64,000 nucleotides of DNA from Octopus vulgaris (lineage: Eukaryota), in assembly GCA_951406725.2 (NCBI GenBank), contig OX597817.1, positions 89,714,001 through 89,778,000 of the forward strand. The letters are read 5' to 3'. Positions 49,873-64,000 of the stretch are shown in pieces. Positions within the stretch are counted from its first letter, which is position 1. The number at the start of each line of letters is the position of its first letter. The translations under genes were made by a program, and so were the position numbers. Below the pieces are notes generated by a model. It did not search any database, had not been told where the DNA came from, and saw only the letters and a list, made by a program, of their open reading frames with translations.

Positions 49873-50265
49873 GCGATACATACTGAAGACCTAGCTCTCT
49901 CTCTTTCTCTCGCTTCTGTCTCTCTTCTTCTCTCTCGCTCTTTCTTTCTCTCTCTTTCCCTATCTCTGTCTCTCTCGTTCTTTCTTTCTCTCTTTCACTA
50001 TCTCTGTCTCTCTCATTCTTTCTCTCTTTCTCTATCTCTGTCTCTGTCTCTTTCCCTCTCGCTCTCTGTTTCTCTTTTTCTCTGTCTCTTTCTCTTTCTC
50101 TCGTTCTCTCTTTCCCCTCTCTTTCTTCCCCATCTCTATATTTGTCTCTCTCTCTCTCTTTCTCTCTCATTCTCCCCCTTCTCTCTCTCTGTTTTGTATG
50201 TGTATATACACTCACAGAGCATGAGAGAGAGACTAAGAGTTATGTTTATGTAAACAGGCAGAGAA

Positions 50266-50337
<72 letters not shown>
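49873..50337. repeat. (CT)-rich polypyrimidine tract and (GATA)n
   Basis: Directly visible. Confidence 0.9.
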
Positions 50338-50367
50338 GATGCATACTTGCAGATTGTATCCTCTCTT

Positions 50368-51035
50368 CCGACTTTGTTTCCTCATAACTTTCATAATAAT
50401 GGATATTTTTTGATGAAATTGTCTACAAATAAGTTGCAGATGGTGTAGAATCTGATTATATCGGAATTTGTGGTGAAAATATTTTTCGGATGGGTGAGGA
50501 GAGGAGTTTCGGGAAATTCATATGAATCAGCTTTGTTTCCTCATAACTCTCAGAAAATTAGTATTTTTTTATGAAATTCTCTACAAATACTTTTGAGGTG
50601 GAATACGATTATATTGGAATTATAATTATATCGAAATGTGAAACAAATTAATGGGCACAGGCATACAAACTAACATACATCACATATATACCTACAATAT
50701 GAAACTTCGAATTTTTGAAAAAAAAAAACCCATTGTAATATGTCAGTATGTATGTGCACGCAACCACCAATTTTTTTGTTTTTCTTTCACATTAAATTCT
50801 GATATAATCGTAATGCGCACCATCTGAAAGGTATTTGTACAAAACTTTATGAAAAAATACCTATTCTTCTGAAAGTTATGAAGAAAGAAAGCCGACTCGT
50901 GAATTTTCCGAACCTCATCTGTCTTTTTCCTTTCACAGCTAATTCCGATATAATCAGAATCTACACTGTCTGAAGCGCATTTGTAGAAAATTTTATTTCG
51001 AAAATATCTATTTTTCTGAAAGTTATGAGGAAACA
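50368..51035. repeat. Two ~160-bp direct repeats followed by two inverted copies (A A - A' A')
   Basis: Unit gtttcctcataactttca...ctacaaata...gattatatcggaatt, with inverted copies aattccgatataatc...gaaagttatgaggaaac. Confidence 0.6.
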
Positions 51036-51994
51036 TTTTTTTTTTTTGTGGTGGGGAGGGGTTACAATTGTGTAGTTATGCCAAAATAGATAGAAAAAAT
51101 GCCTTTCATCCTTTCGGGATCGATTAAATAAGTACCAGTTACGCACTGGGGTCGATATAATTGAGTTAACCCGTTTGTCTGTCCTTGTTTGTCCTCTCTG
51201 TGTTTAGCCCCTTGTAGGTAGTAAAGAAATAGGTATGTTTATAAGTATGTGAAGTACGGGTAGTCAATTGGGAAAGAGATGCTTGTCATCGCTACAATTG
51301 AAAAAAACAAATACAGGAAGGAGTGAATGTTTTCAAAAAAAAAAAAAAAAAGACGAAAGTGCATTTTCAGGCATAATTTAGCATACATAAAAACGCACCA
51401 CCAGTATAGTGAATGTGTGAAGCTTGCTCTGCACTATTTGCGAACGTTTATGTTTATCAAAAGCTGGGTGCATTAGTCACCAGCGGAGTCACAAGTGTAC
51501 GAGTAAATTTATCTGAGTGCACAATGGCCAGTGAGGGTCTTCTCTGGTCACGAGTGGACAGCTATCATCATTATGTATATGAGCATAAATATATGCATGA
51601 ATGTATACGAATACATACTTACACACACACACATGTATATAAATTTTACATTTAATCCATAACAAAATATTTGTTGTTTTGGCATGAGACTCAGTAACTG
51701 TCTGTGACATATAACTTAGCTGGTTATATAGAGAACCGAGGTGTAAAGAATGATATACAGAAGGGTATGAACTTAAAAGAAGGGTAATCAATGGCTGGGA
51801 ATGGACGGTGAGGATGATATTATGAGAGCTTGTAATGGTGCTACTAAAACAGCTCCTTAAGACTCCTGAGGTTCTATATAAAATATTGTCAGTCAAATTT
51901 ATGTGCAACGGTGTGCTTATACTACTACCATACATAAAATATTTTCACAATTTTTCATACAATTCTTAATAAGATTTAATTATTAAGATGTAAT

Positions 51995-52395
51995 AGGCTC
52001 AGGCGTGGCTGTATGGTAAGGAGCTTGCTTCGTAATCGTGTGGTTCTGTGTTCAGTCCCATTGCGTGGCACCTTGGGCTAGTGTCTCCTACAATAGTCTC
52101 GGGCCGACCAAATCCTTGTGAATGGATTTGGTAGACGGAAACTGAAAGAAGCCCGTCGTATGTATAGGTGCGTGGGGTGTATCTTTGAGTCTCTGTTTGT
52201 CCTACCACCACCGCTTAAGAGCGGGTGTTGGTGTATTTATGACCCTGTACCTTAGCAGTTCGGCAAAAGAGATGGATAAAATAAGCACCAGGCTTTAAAA
52301 AAATAGGTACTGGGGTCGATTTATTTGACTGAATATTCTTCAAAGCGGAGCCCCAGCATGGCTGCAGTCTAATGACTGAAACAAGTAAAAGACAA
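51995..52395 (+). mobile_element. Full-length CORE-type SINE
   Basis: Same head, core and tail as 45511-45946. Confidence 0.85.
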
Positions 52396-53028
52396 AGGAT
52401 TAAAAAAACCGTTATAAAGATTCGTCCGAGAGAAACTGGAATCAAAAGGGGTCCATAGAAAAAAATGGTTAATAACCACTAGGTAAAGGGATGAAGATGA
52501 TGGTGAGTGTTGATGGTTGTGTACCGGGTGTTAATGATATTAGAAGGATAGTAGGGATAGATGCTCGCCCTGATGGTGTGTGTACGAAGTCATGGGGGTG
52601 CGTTTAATATCGCGGCATGTACGTTGGTTGTTTGTGCTGCTGGCTGTGTGGGTGGTGATAACGAATATGAGAACAAACGAACATGTTGACACTGGTGGGA
52701 AACAGAGTGGCAAACGAGACGAGGAGGGTTTGAATCGGCAGTAGTTCTAGCAAAATGGTTGTGGTGGTGGTGGTTGTGGTGGTTTGGTGGCAAGGATGCC
52801 AGTGTTAGCTAAGACGGTGGTAGATGTGTTCGTTTGTAGCGGGCGGGACGAGGCAATAAAACAAACAAGTGATACATGAGTTCATAAATACACAATCAAA
52901 ACGCAGCACGGTTGCCTGACATTAATAATAAAATAAGAGTGTCATACATACATACATACATGTACGTGCATTACACATGCGCACACACGTTCGCACTCAC
53001 ATATAGACACACACGTAATTACATACAT

Positions 53029-53060
<32 letters not shown>

Positions 53061-53462
53061 GTAAAAAATGAAGTTCGAAAATGCTGCTATATTATACAAT
53101 TTTTAATTTTTATATATACATTATAACATGTTTCAGTTCCTGAAATGAACCTTATCAAAAAAAGTTATATATAAAAAAAGACAGCTCATGCCGTCAAACA
53201 CAAGAAATTCATTTATAATACACAACGGAGTCAGACATCTTAGAGTTCATGTATAGTTGATATATAGTTTGAAGTAAGTTCATTCATGCTATATGTTCAA
53301 AGTGTTCGATGCAGTGGCCCACGGTGGCGATACGTATTCAATACAAAAAACAGATCAAAGTGGTGGAAAGCAGTCAATACAGAAGATTGATGTTTCCGAA
53401 AGAGCGAGGAATTCATTTTTACCTTAAGCAATTGTGATGACCCATGGTGGGTGTTCGCTGGG

Positions 53463-53494
<32 letters not shown>

Positions 53495-53495
<1 letters not shown>

Positions 53496-53826
53496 GCGCA
53501 ATTGCCCAGTGGTTAGGGCAGCGGTTTTGATTCCCAGACCGGGCGTTGTGAGTGTTTATTGAGCGAAAACACCTAAAGCTCCACTAGGCTCCGGCAGGGG
53601 GGGGGCGATCCCTGCTGTACTCTTTCTCCACAAAATAAAGAAATTTGAAAAAAATAAAGAAATTTGTACTCTTTCTCCACAACTTTCTCTCACTCTTTCT
53701 TCTGTTGGCCTGCTCACTTAGCCAGCGGGGTGGCGTCATTTGAAGGCTAAAACAAGGCGAAGCGCATTGTGACCAGCGACGTGTAGCAACATCAGATAGC
53801 CTGGTCGGTCACGTGATCACGTGATA
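53495..53826 (+). mobile_element. tRNA-derived SINE (third family)
   Basis: A-box-like ttgcccagtggttagggca. 3' end ggtcggtcacgtgatcacgtgata. Confidence 0.7.
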
Positions 53827-53832
53827 TATATA

Positions 53833-54003
53833 TAGGTGCAGGCGTGGCTGTGTGGTAAGAAGCTTGCTTCCCAACCACATAGTTCCGGGTTCAGTCCCAC
53901 TGCATGGCACCTATGCAACTATGGCACTTTCTCCTATAGCCTCGGGCCGACCAAAGTCTTGTGAGTGGATTTGGTAGAGGGAAACTGAAAGAAGCCCGTC
54001 GTA
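53833..54003 (+). mobile_element. CORE-type SINE 5' half
   Basis: aggtgcaggcgtggctgtgtggtaag...gggttcagtccc...gaaagaagcccgtcg. Confidence 0.8.
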
Positions 54004-54114
54004 TATATATAATTATATATATACGACCATTTTTTTCACAGCAGCCGCTGACCGGTTGTGCTCATCCACCTCCCACAATAAGGAGCAGTCGCCATATTCC
54101 CTTTCATGTCGGCT

Positions 54115-54197
54115 AACTCTGATGAGCGTAAAGTTATATAATTAGTTTGTTACCTAACACTCCATTGTATTCTTTACGCGAAGCCTATTGGTAAGAT
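54115..54197 (+). ncRNA. Type-I hammerhead motif (slightly decayed)
   Basis: aact-CTGATGA-gcgtaaag...ctttacgc-GAAG-cc.tatt.gg-TA-agat. Stem II is a perfect 8 bp. A15.1 is changed to G and stem I is weak. Confidence 0.55.
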
Positions 54198-54232
54198 CAA
54201 CCGTGATGAATATTTAATACTATACATTTCAG

Positions 54233-54283
<51 letters not shown>

Positions 54284-54287
<4 letters not shown>

Positions 54288-54619
54288 GGTAAAGACCCCC
54301 TTCGGTCATGAATGACCATGGGATTGCACCTAGAAAGTTACCCTCCTAGACACAAGTCCGGGCAAGGTTGTTTATGGAAGGCCAGCAGTCGCCCATGCAT
54401 ACCAGCCTCCCCTCTCCACGCCACCAGTGTTATCCAAGGGAAAGACAAAGGTCGATACAGCTTGGCACCAGTGACGTCGCAACTCATTTCTACAGCTGAG
54501 TGAACTGGAGCAACGTGAAATAAAGTGCCTTGCTCGAGGACACAACACGCAGCCCGGTCCGGGATTCGAGCTCACAACTTCACGATCGTAAGCTCGACGC
54601 TCTAACCACTGAGCCATTA
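54284..54619 (-). mobile_element. tRNA-derived SINE (second-family head and core)
   Basis: rc head tggctcagtggttagagcgtcgagcttacgatcgtgaagttgtgagctcgaatccc (A and B boxes), then core gttgtgtcctcgagcaaggcacttta. Confidence 0.8.
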
Positions 54620-55602
54620 TCCACCGGAAATATGGGTAAAAGCCTGAGCTGAGATTTTCTTCGATCTCCCCAAATTCGCTTGATCACGTCATCATAGTGG
54701 AAGGGAACTCAACGGAATGATTCTGGATATATTAAGCAGATCTCGTCTCTTATGTAACTGGGAATTCCTTCGTGAAATTCTCGAGGAAGACTTTGGCTAT
54801 GTGTCGACAAGGGGAGATTTTCCCGCTTTATTTTAAGTAAGAACGAATAGGGTGGCGTAAGATGTGGTTTTCTACTGTAAGAGAGAGTCTACAACACTTT
54901 TATCCCTGTTATATTGATGTGTCTCAAAAAATGCATGCAGCAGCTTAACAGTTCGTTCTGTCATCACTTCTTGGAAAACCGCACAATATTTTACAAAGCA
55001 TATTTGGAAAGTAAGAAGTCAAAGAATAGAAAAAAACCCAGACAACTATATTCGTAACATTAACATTTGTTAACTCTCTTTCGGGGCCTTCCTTTTTCTG
55101 CAGTTTAGTCAAATTTTCCTTCCGTTATTAATACTGTCACATCCTTGAAGAGTATGAATTTAGATACGTTTGTCTCGCATTCCTGGCTAAAACATCTGTT
55201 AATTCCCGTCAGGCCTTCCGTTAACTATGGTTATATATTTCAGGGATGAAATAGTAGGATCAAAGGCAATGTTTGACTTCGGAGAAATTTCATCTCAGAA
55301 TATAAAGACCTGAAATGAATGCCGTAAAAACTTTTGACCGACCATCTAATGATTCTACCAACCTAACGCCCTTTTTTATTTGTTTCTTACAAAGGCAAAG
55401 GCCATACGTTTTCAGGAAGGTCACTAGTCGATTATACCAAACTCAGCATTCAATTGGTGCCTTATTTGATCGATCTTTTGAGCTGGGGTAGAATGGCAAA
55501 ATTGAAATCGACGGAATTAGAACTTAGAGCGTAAATTGTCATAACTGATCACTGCAAATCATTTTTCTGATGCTCTAATAATTTTGCCAAGTCTAACACC
55601 CA

Positions 55603-55648
<46 letters not shown>

Positions 55649-55676
55649 TTAATAATAATAATAATAATAATAATAA

Positions 55677-56040
55677 ATGCCATGGCAGTAGCTCTCGTGG
55701 CTTCTCATCTTAACTAATTAGAAGTGTTATTATGTATTGATACATGTTTTTTGTTGGTGTAGAACATGGGCTACAGTAAATATTCGGCTCAATACCACAG
55801 ATTTGCTTGTTAGTTGCTTAACCTTAAGCAGTTGAGCATTCCCTTGGTGGCTGACGATAAGTGCATCTCTGTTCATGAGTAAAAGTTGTGTGGGGGGGGG
55901 GCATGTTTTGAGAGAAATTCTTTGGGGTTTGGATAATTCACCTCTAGAGACATGGATGTTTCGTTCAAAATCCTCAAGCAACCCTCATTCAGGGACCTTT
56001 TGAGCGGGATGGGCTACTCAACCTGAAGAACATTCTAACC
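55677..56040 (+). mobile_element. Partial copy of the (AAT)n-associated repeat at 3013-3566
   Basis: Reverse-complement homology, e.g. gctcaataccacagatttgcttg and gggctactcaac. Directly follows (AAT)n. Confidence 0.7.
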
Positions 56041-56449
56041 ACCGTTACCTTGACCACTAGGGCAAATACCCTCTCCTTATTTTTCTCCCTCAATTTACAG
56101 GGGTATACTCTAACTGTTCACTCAGCCCATCCATACCGCGCTCGTCCATCTTTCAACAAATATTCAGGGAAGCATCACTTGTAGAAGTTAGTAAGTGCTT
56201 GGCCAAAGAAGACGGTGCCTGTTTTCCATTTCAGTATCTTCCTGTCCGTCTCCTTTGGGCAGTACTGCTTAAAAAACATACTTTTCACATTTTCCTTTGA
56301 AGAACTCTAGAGTGAAAACCGGTTGGAATTTAATGTAAAAATATTTAACATATCTAAATGAAATAGAACATCCGTTATTTGTCTTTCAATTCATCTAAAA
56401 AGATTACAATTGTTTTAACTCCATTGTGCATTTTCATCCACTTCATTTG

Positions 56450-58530
<2,081 letters not shown>

Positions 58531-58532
58531 AT

Positions 58533-58970
58533 CAGGCGTAGCTGTGTGGTAAGAAGCTTGCTTCCCAACTACATAGTTCCTAGTTCAGTCCCACTGAGTG
58601 GCACATTGGGCAAGTAAGTGTCTTCTACTATAGCCTCGGGCCAACCAACGTCATGTGAGTGGATTTGGTAGACGGAAACTGAAAGAAGCCCGTTGTGTAT
58701 GTATATATATACATATATATGTGTGTGTGTGTCTTTGTGTCGTTGTGTTTGTATTTGTCTCCCACCACCACTACCACCCCATCGCTTGACAACTGATGCT
58801 GGTGTTTTTACGTCCCCGTAATCTAGCGGTTCGGCAAAAGAAAACGATAGAATAAGTTGCAAGCTTACAGAGAATAAGTCTTGGGGTCGATTTCTTCGAC
58901 TAAAAAGCAGTGCTCTAGCATAGCGGCAATCGAATGGCTGCAACATATAACAGAAAGGAAAAATAAAAGA
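58533..58970 (+). mobile_element. Full-length CORE-type SINE
   Basis: Same family as 45511-45946. Confidence 0.85.
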
Positions 58971-59222
58971 ACATATATACACACGCATACGTATATGAGC
59001 CTGCGCTATGGCTTAAATCCAGAAATTGGACCTGTTCTATGATTTTAATCCAGAAATTGGACCCAATTCACAATTACCGTGAAGTCGTTTTAATATTTTT
59101 CCCTTGCCTGACTACAATCCGTGTATATTTTGGAGTTTTTCGGTGGTATTTGAGTGCCTCGACGTTTTCAAGCATGTAGGAGAGAGGTTTTTTCGCCTTG
59201 CTCCCTTAAAATAATTATATAC

Positions 59223-59262
<40 letters not shown>

Positions 59263-59448
59263 ATCAATTTAATGTATAAATTACCTATAAATTTTTATTG
59301 CATCTGACTACCTGATAAAATTCATTAACGTGACTTTATCATTCTATTCTCTTATGAATTAATAAATTAAATAAAATAATATAATTAATTTTATTCATGA
59401 TCAGAATAGGATTTCCTGCGGAGTCATTTTGATAATATACACGTGGTT

Positions 59449-59864
59449 AAGGCGGCGAGCTGGCAGAAACGTTAGAACGCCGGGCGAAATGCATAGCGGT
59501 ATTTCGTCTGCCGTTACGTTCTGAGTTCAAATTCCGCCGAGGTCGACTTTGCCTTTCATCCTTTCGGGATCGACTAAATAAGTACCAGTTACGCACTGGG
59601 GTCGATATAATCGACTTAATTCGTTTGTCTGTCCTTGTTTGTCCTCTCTTTGCTTAGCCCATTGTGGGTAGTAAAGAAATAGGTATTTCGTCTGCCGCTA
59701 CGGTCTGAGTTCAAATTCCGCCGAGGTCGACTTTGCCTTTCAACCTTTCGGGGTCGATTAAATAAGTACCAGTTACGCACTGGGGTCGATGTAATCGACT
59801 TGATCTATTTGTATGTCCTTGTTTGTCCCCTCTATGTTTAGCCCTTTGTGGGCAATAAAGAATT
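59449..59864 (+). mobile_element. Dimeric Nin/Deu-domain SINE with a perfect 16-bp TSD
   Basis: TSD taatatacacgtggtt at 59433-59448 and 59865-59880. Confidence 0.9.
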
Positions 59865-59999
59865 TAATATACACGTGGTTGTCGTGAAAGAGTATAAAGC
59901 TGACTTATCTTTGATCTATACGTGCAAATATTTGTATGTAGACGTGCGAATCCGCTTTGTACGGAAATGTATAATTATTTGTATTTATATTTCCCGTGT

Positions 60000-60057
60000 A
60001 TTGTGTTGACGAAAGAAGAAAACTAGTCTTATCCAGAAATTGGACCCAATTCACAAT
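60000..60057 (+). ncRNA. Minimal type-I hammerhead (C3U, decayed stem II)
   Basis: attgtg-TTGACGA-aagaaga.aaactag.tcttatcca-GAAA-ttgg.ac.ccaa-TT-cacaat. Stem I is a perfect 6 bp and stem III is near-palindromic. Confidence 0.6.
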
Positions 60058-60201
60058 TGACGCGAAGTCTTTTTGATATTTTTTCACTCGCCCGACTACG
60101 ACCCGTGTATATTTTGGAATATTTCGGTAGTATCTGAGTGACTCGTCATTTTCAACCATGTAAGAGATAGGTCGTTTTCCGCCCTGCTCCTTTAATATAA
60201 T

Positions 60202-60348
<147 letters not shown>

Positions 60349-60405
60349 GTGTGTGTGTGTGTATATATGTGTGTGTGTGTACATATATGTATGTGTGTGT
60401 GTATA

Positions 60406-61661
60406 CAATGGTACATTAACTTACGAGTTTAACTCGTTCCGTGACGAAGGTAGGTTATTTTCTTGGAGATATTTCTTAACGTCTGGACAGAAGACCAAAT
60501 TCACCCACTCCACAGAGAATTGCCTGGTGACCCACGCCCTTGGATTTGCCCTCCACATAACCTGCAGTTTTTCTTTCAGAATCTCATGTGACTTAAAGGC
60601 TCTGGGGTTTTCCGAACGATAAACGAGCAGCGGCTTAATATTGCAGTCGCCGCTTGCATTGGCGCACAGCACAAGGGTCAGTCTCTCTTTCATGGGTTTG
60701 TGGCCTGGAATTCTTTTCTCCTTGGTATCTTCCAAAAGAGTCCTGTCTCGTAATATTTGAAGACTTATTGGCGGTTGTATCCTTCGGTTGCTTTAATTCC
60801 AGCAAAAGTTTTGAGGTAATCCTCAACTGCCTTCATATCTACTCACGCTGCCTCACCATGCCTTTTTAAAATTCTCTCGAACCAGCCCCGACCGGCTTTA
60901 AACAGTTCGCCCGATGCCTCGTCTGTACAAGTGACTGGGGTCTGCTGCAGCAAATCAGCTCGTGCCTTCTCGCAGATTATAGCCCCTGTCAACCACACCA
61001 TCAGCAGCTTCTCCATATTTTCATGGATAGATGTCCACTGTTTAGAAATTATTTTAAAGCCCTTGACTGGTATTATAGCCTTTTATCGACTCCTGCTTCA
61101 GTATGGTGCAGATCGTAGAAGTGCTACACTCGTACTGCTTCACCATGTCGACTACATGCACACCTTGGCCATGTTTTTCGATAATTTCTTTCTTTAATTC
61201 AATGCACATAGTCCGTTTCTTCTTCTTAACACTGTCCTTTGCACTCACTTTCTTCGGACCCATGGTTGGGAAAATGATGTTTTGCAAAATAATTTCAAGC
61301 ACAATTGGGTGCACAACACTGATTCTTCTGTAATTTGCAACGACTAAATAAGCATTTTACCTCCAGTCTAGCTAACGATCCACTAACGGTCTTCGCACTT
61401 GCTAACGTGCATGTCTGACTAGCTATCGATCTACTAATGATCATCGGACTCGCTAACGTGCATATCTGTCTAGCTATCGAGTGAGATACGGGACGCTGGA
61501 CGGATGTTACAGCGTTCACTCTGGCGTTCGCTAGCAGTGAATATCAGAAGCTGGCTCGCAGCTCAAACTTTAGCTCGCAACTCAAAGTAAAAATCGGCTG
61601 AGAGACGGTTGGTATCTCGAAAATTTCGTTAGTTGGGACACTCGTAATCAAGGTACGACTA
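60406..61661 (-). mobile_element. Internally deleted Tigger (TIGD1-like) transposon
   Basis: MGPKKVS...IELKKEIIEKH...STICTILKQ and PGHKPMKERLTLVLCANASGD..KPLLVYRSENPRAFK...WRANPRAWVT. Imperfect TIRs caatggtacattaacttacgag and ctcgtaatcaaggtacgacta in TA context. Confidence 0.9.
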
Positions 61662-61804
61662 TATATATATAAATACACATTGTTCACTCCACTCCGTTAT
61701 ACACACACACGCATACACACGCGCGCGCACGCACGCACACGCGCACACACACGCGCGCGCGCGCGCGCACACACACACACACACATCTATATCTATACAT
61801 AATG

Positions 61805-61985
61805 TGAGCTGGCAGAATCGTTAACACACCGGACAAAATGGTTAACGACATTATACCCCTCTTTACGTTCTGAGTTCAAATTCCGCTGATGTCGACTTTG
61901 CCTTTCATTCTTCAGGAGTCGGTAAAATATTACTGGTGTGGATAAGATCTCAACAAAACTTCAGGTCTTTTGCCTATAGTAAAAA
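61805..61985 (+). mobile_element. Degenerate Nin/Deu-domain SINE
   Basis: gagctggcagaatcgtta...gagttcaaattccgc...gcctttcattc. Confidence 0.7.
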
Positions 61986-62011
61986 GGATATATATATATA
62001 TATATAATGAG

Positions 62012-62084
<73 letters not shown>

Positions 62085-62092
62085 TAGATACA

Positions 62093-62132
<40 letters not shown>

Positions 62133-62137
<5 letters not shown>

Positions 62138-64000
62138 GAGAATTCACAAAAAAACAAAAGACGAAGACAGGTGGTATAGACAACAAACAGATGCATTAGT
62201 TTAACGCTCGGGAAGTGAAAAAGTCTTTAACGTTTCGAGCCTACGCTCTTCCACAGAAAGGAACACAGAAAGAAACAAGGAGAGAAAACAAAGAATGTGT
62301 AGTGGCTAGCGAACTATCATGGCGAATGCCGCACAGAGAGGTCACACAGGAGAGCTAGGAAGAAGGGGGAGATAATAAAGTAGTGGTTATCCCAAAACGA
62401 AGGTGCGCGTGCGTATGTATAAGAGGGTATTATGTACATGTGGAAGAGGGCTGGTGACCTTGACGTTTGCGTTTGTGCGTGTGTAGGTGTGTGGATGATG
62501 GTGTGGGGCTGAGAGGTGGTCCAGTGCTACTGTGTGCGTGGTAGTGTGATGTGGTGTTGTATGGTGTGGTGGTGTTGGGATGTGGGAGAGGTGAGAGTGG
62601 GAAAAGCGGGTGCGGGGTGAGAGCCGATGCACGGTCCACGGGACGTGCTCTGGTAAATGCGGTGTGGATAGTAGTGAGGGGATATCCACTTAGGATGAAG
62701 TGGCGTGCCATGAGTTAAGACTAAGTCTCAAAGTCATGGTCGTCACTACAGAGCCTGCGTAGACGAAGGAATTGGGAATAGGGGATGGAAAGCTTGGTGT
62801 GTTTAGGGTGAGACGAGGAACAGTTGAGGTATGAGCGTGAGTTTGTGTGTTTGTAGTGGATGGAGGTGGTGAGAGTGGACTGATGAATGCTGACCGAAAT
62901 GTCAAGAAAGGAGACAAGGGTGTCAGAAATAATGCAGGAGAAGTGGCGGGCAGGATGGATAGATTTGACAAAAGAGAGGAAGGAGTCGAGATGTTCGCGG
63001 GAGAGTGAGGTCGCACCGATACGGTCGTCAATATAACGGCCGTATAGTTCGGGAGTGGGACCAGTGAAACTTGAGAATATTTGGGCCTCAACGTAGCCAA
63101 TGAACAGATTCGCATAGTTGGGGCCCATTCTCGATTCCATGGCTACTCCCGAGATTTGGTAGTAAAAATCACCAGCGAACGAGAATCAGTTGAGTGAGAG
63201 GACAAGTTCGGCCAGACGAATGAGTGTGCATGTGTCGGGTTGGGGGTTGTGTCGAAGGTCAAGGAAATGTTGGAGTACACGCAGCCCCTCGTGGTGAGGG
63301 ATCACTGTGTAAAGGCTCTGGATGTCGAGAGTGAAGAGAAGTTTAGAGGGGCCAGGAGGGAAGGAGAAAGAGTTGAACAAACGAAGCGCATGGTTGGTGT
63401 CATGGATGTGAGAGCGGAGGGAAGCTATTAGGGGCGCAAGGACACAGTCAAGATATTGGAGATGAGTTCGGTGGGGCAGTTGCAGGCGGAGATGATGGGG
63501 CATCCAGGGTTGTTAGGTTTGTGAATTTTGGGGAGGAAGTAAATTGTGGGGTGCGAGGAGTGTGGACAATGGGGTTGTGAGGCTGGAGGCGGTGAGGGAG
63601 ACAGGAGGAGGAGATGAGGTCATGGATAGTGGAGGACACAGACTATTGGTAGCTGGGTGTGGAGCCAGCGGGCAGAGGGCATTAGAAGGAGGGGTCTTGA
63701 AGCTGGCGGAGAGCTTCCGCCTTGTAGAGGTCCGCGCGTCACACCACCAAGGCTCCACCCTTGTCGGCCGGTTTTATGATGATGTCAATGCTGCATCGGA
63801 GACATCGAGAGTTCGGCTGGGGAGATGTTCAGATGACGGGGACGCCTGGAAAAGTTAAACCGGTCAACAGCGCGCTGGCAGGCGCCCGCAAAAAGATCGA
63901 CTGCTTGGAACTGGGCAGGAGCTGGCGTCCACTGGGATGGTCGGCGGCCCAGGTCGGTGAAGCAGCCCTCCTCATTAGATGGAGGTGGAGTGTCGCGGAA
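62133..64000 (-). mobile_element. Penelope-like element (Penelope/Poseidon/Neptune-like RT), running off the window end
   Basis: DIQSLYTVIPH...GVAMESRMGPNYANLF...YGRYIDD...VSFLDISV...IHYKHTNSRSYLNCSSSHPKHTKLSIPYSQFLRLRRLCSD. Frameshifted. The 3' terminal repeat carries an HHR. Confidence 0.9.
62225..62260 (-). ncRNA. Ultra-minimal hammerhead variant (A6U core) in the PLE 3' terminal repeat
   Basis: Minus strand reads cttt-CTGTGGA-a-gagc.gtag.gctc-GAAA-cg-TT-aaag. Palindromic AACGTT stem III. Confidence 0.55.

Noticed and set aside
49772-50215. 147-aa E/R/K-rich ORF
   Set aside because: Translation of a (GA)-rich simple repeat.
53120-53165. Hammerhead-like remnant on the minus strand (ttgataa-ggttc...gaact-GAAA-catg-tt)
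   Set aside because: The core has multiple substitutions and stem I does not pair. It is probably a dead PLE terminal repeat and too decayed to call.
54545-54619. tRNA-like sequence with A and B boxes
   Set aside because: It continues into a SINE core and lacks a proper acceptor stem, so it is a SINE head and not a tRNA gene.

Overview
AT-rich, repeat-saturated animal genomic DNA, probably intergenic or intronic. The SINE families and the (CA)/(TA)/(TACA)/(GATA)/(AAT) microsatellite load strongly suggest a cephalopod, most likely Octopus (inference). I cannot support any intact host protein-coding gene, and most ORF-track entries are microsatellite artefacts. The window is a layered TE graveyard. 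It holds tRNA-derived SINEs (monomeric, dimeric, tandem and inverted copies), Tc1, mariner, Tigger/pogo and piggyBac relics, Merlin-like non-autonomous elements, non-autonomous Helitrons, RTE, Tx1 and CRE-like LINE fragments, and at least four Penelope-like element (PLE) coding relics. The most notable hidden layer is a set of about nine minimal type-I hammerhead ribozyme (HHR) motifs in PLE terminal repeats and non-coding fold-back elements. Several have unusual cores: a swapped G3:C8 pair, A9C, A6U and single-nucleotide insertions. One inverted terminal repeat starts essentially at the predicted self-cleavage site. All folds and translations were done by eye, and element boundaries are approximate unless a TSD or TIR is quoted.
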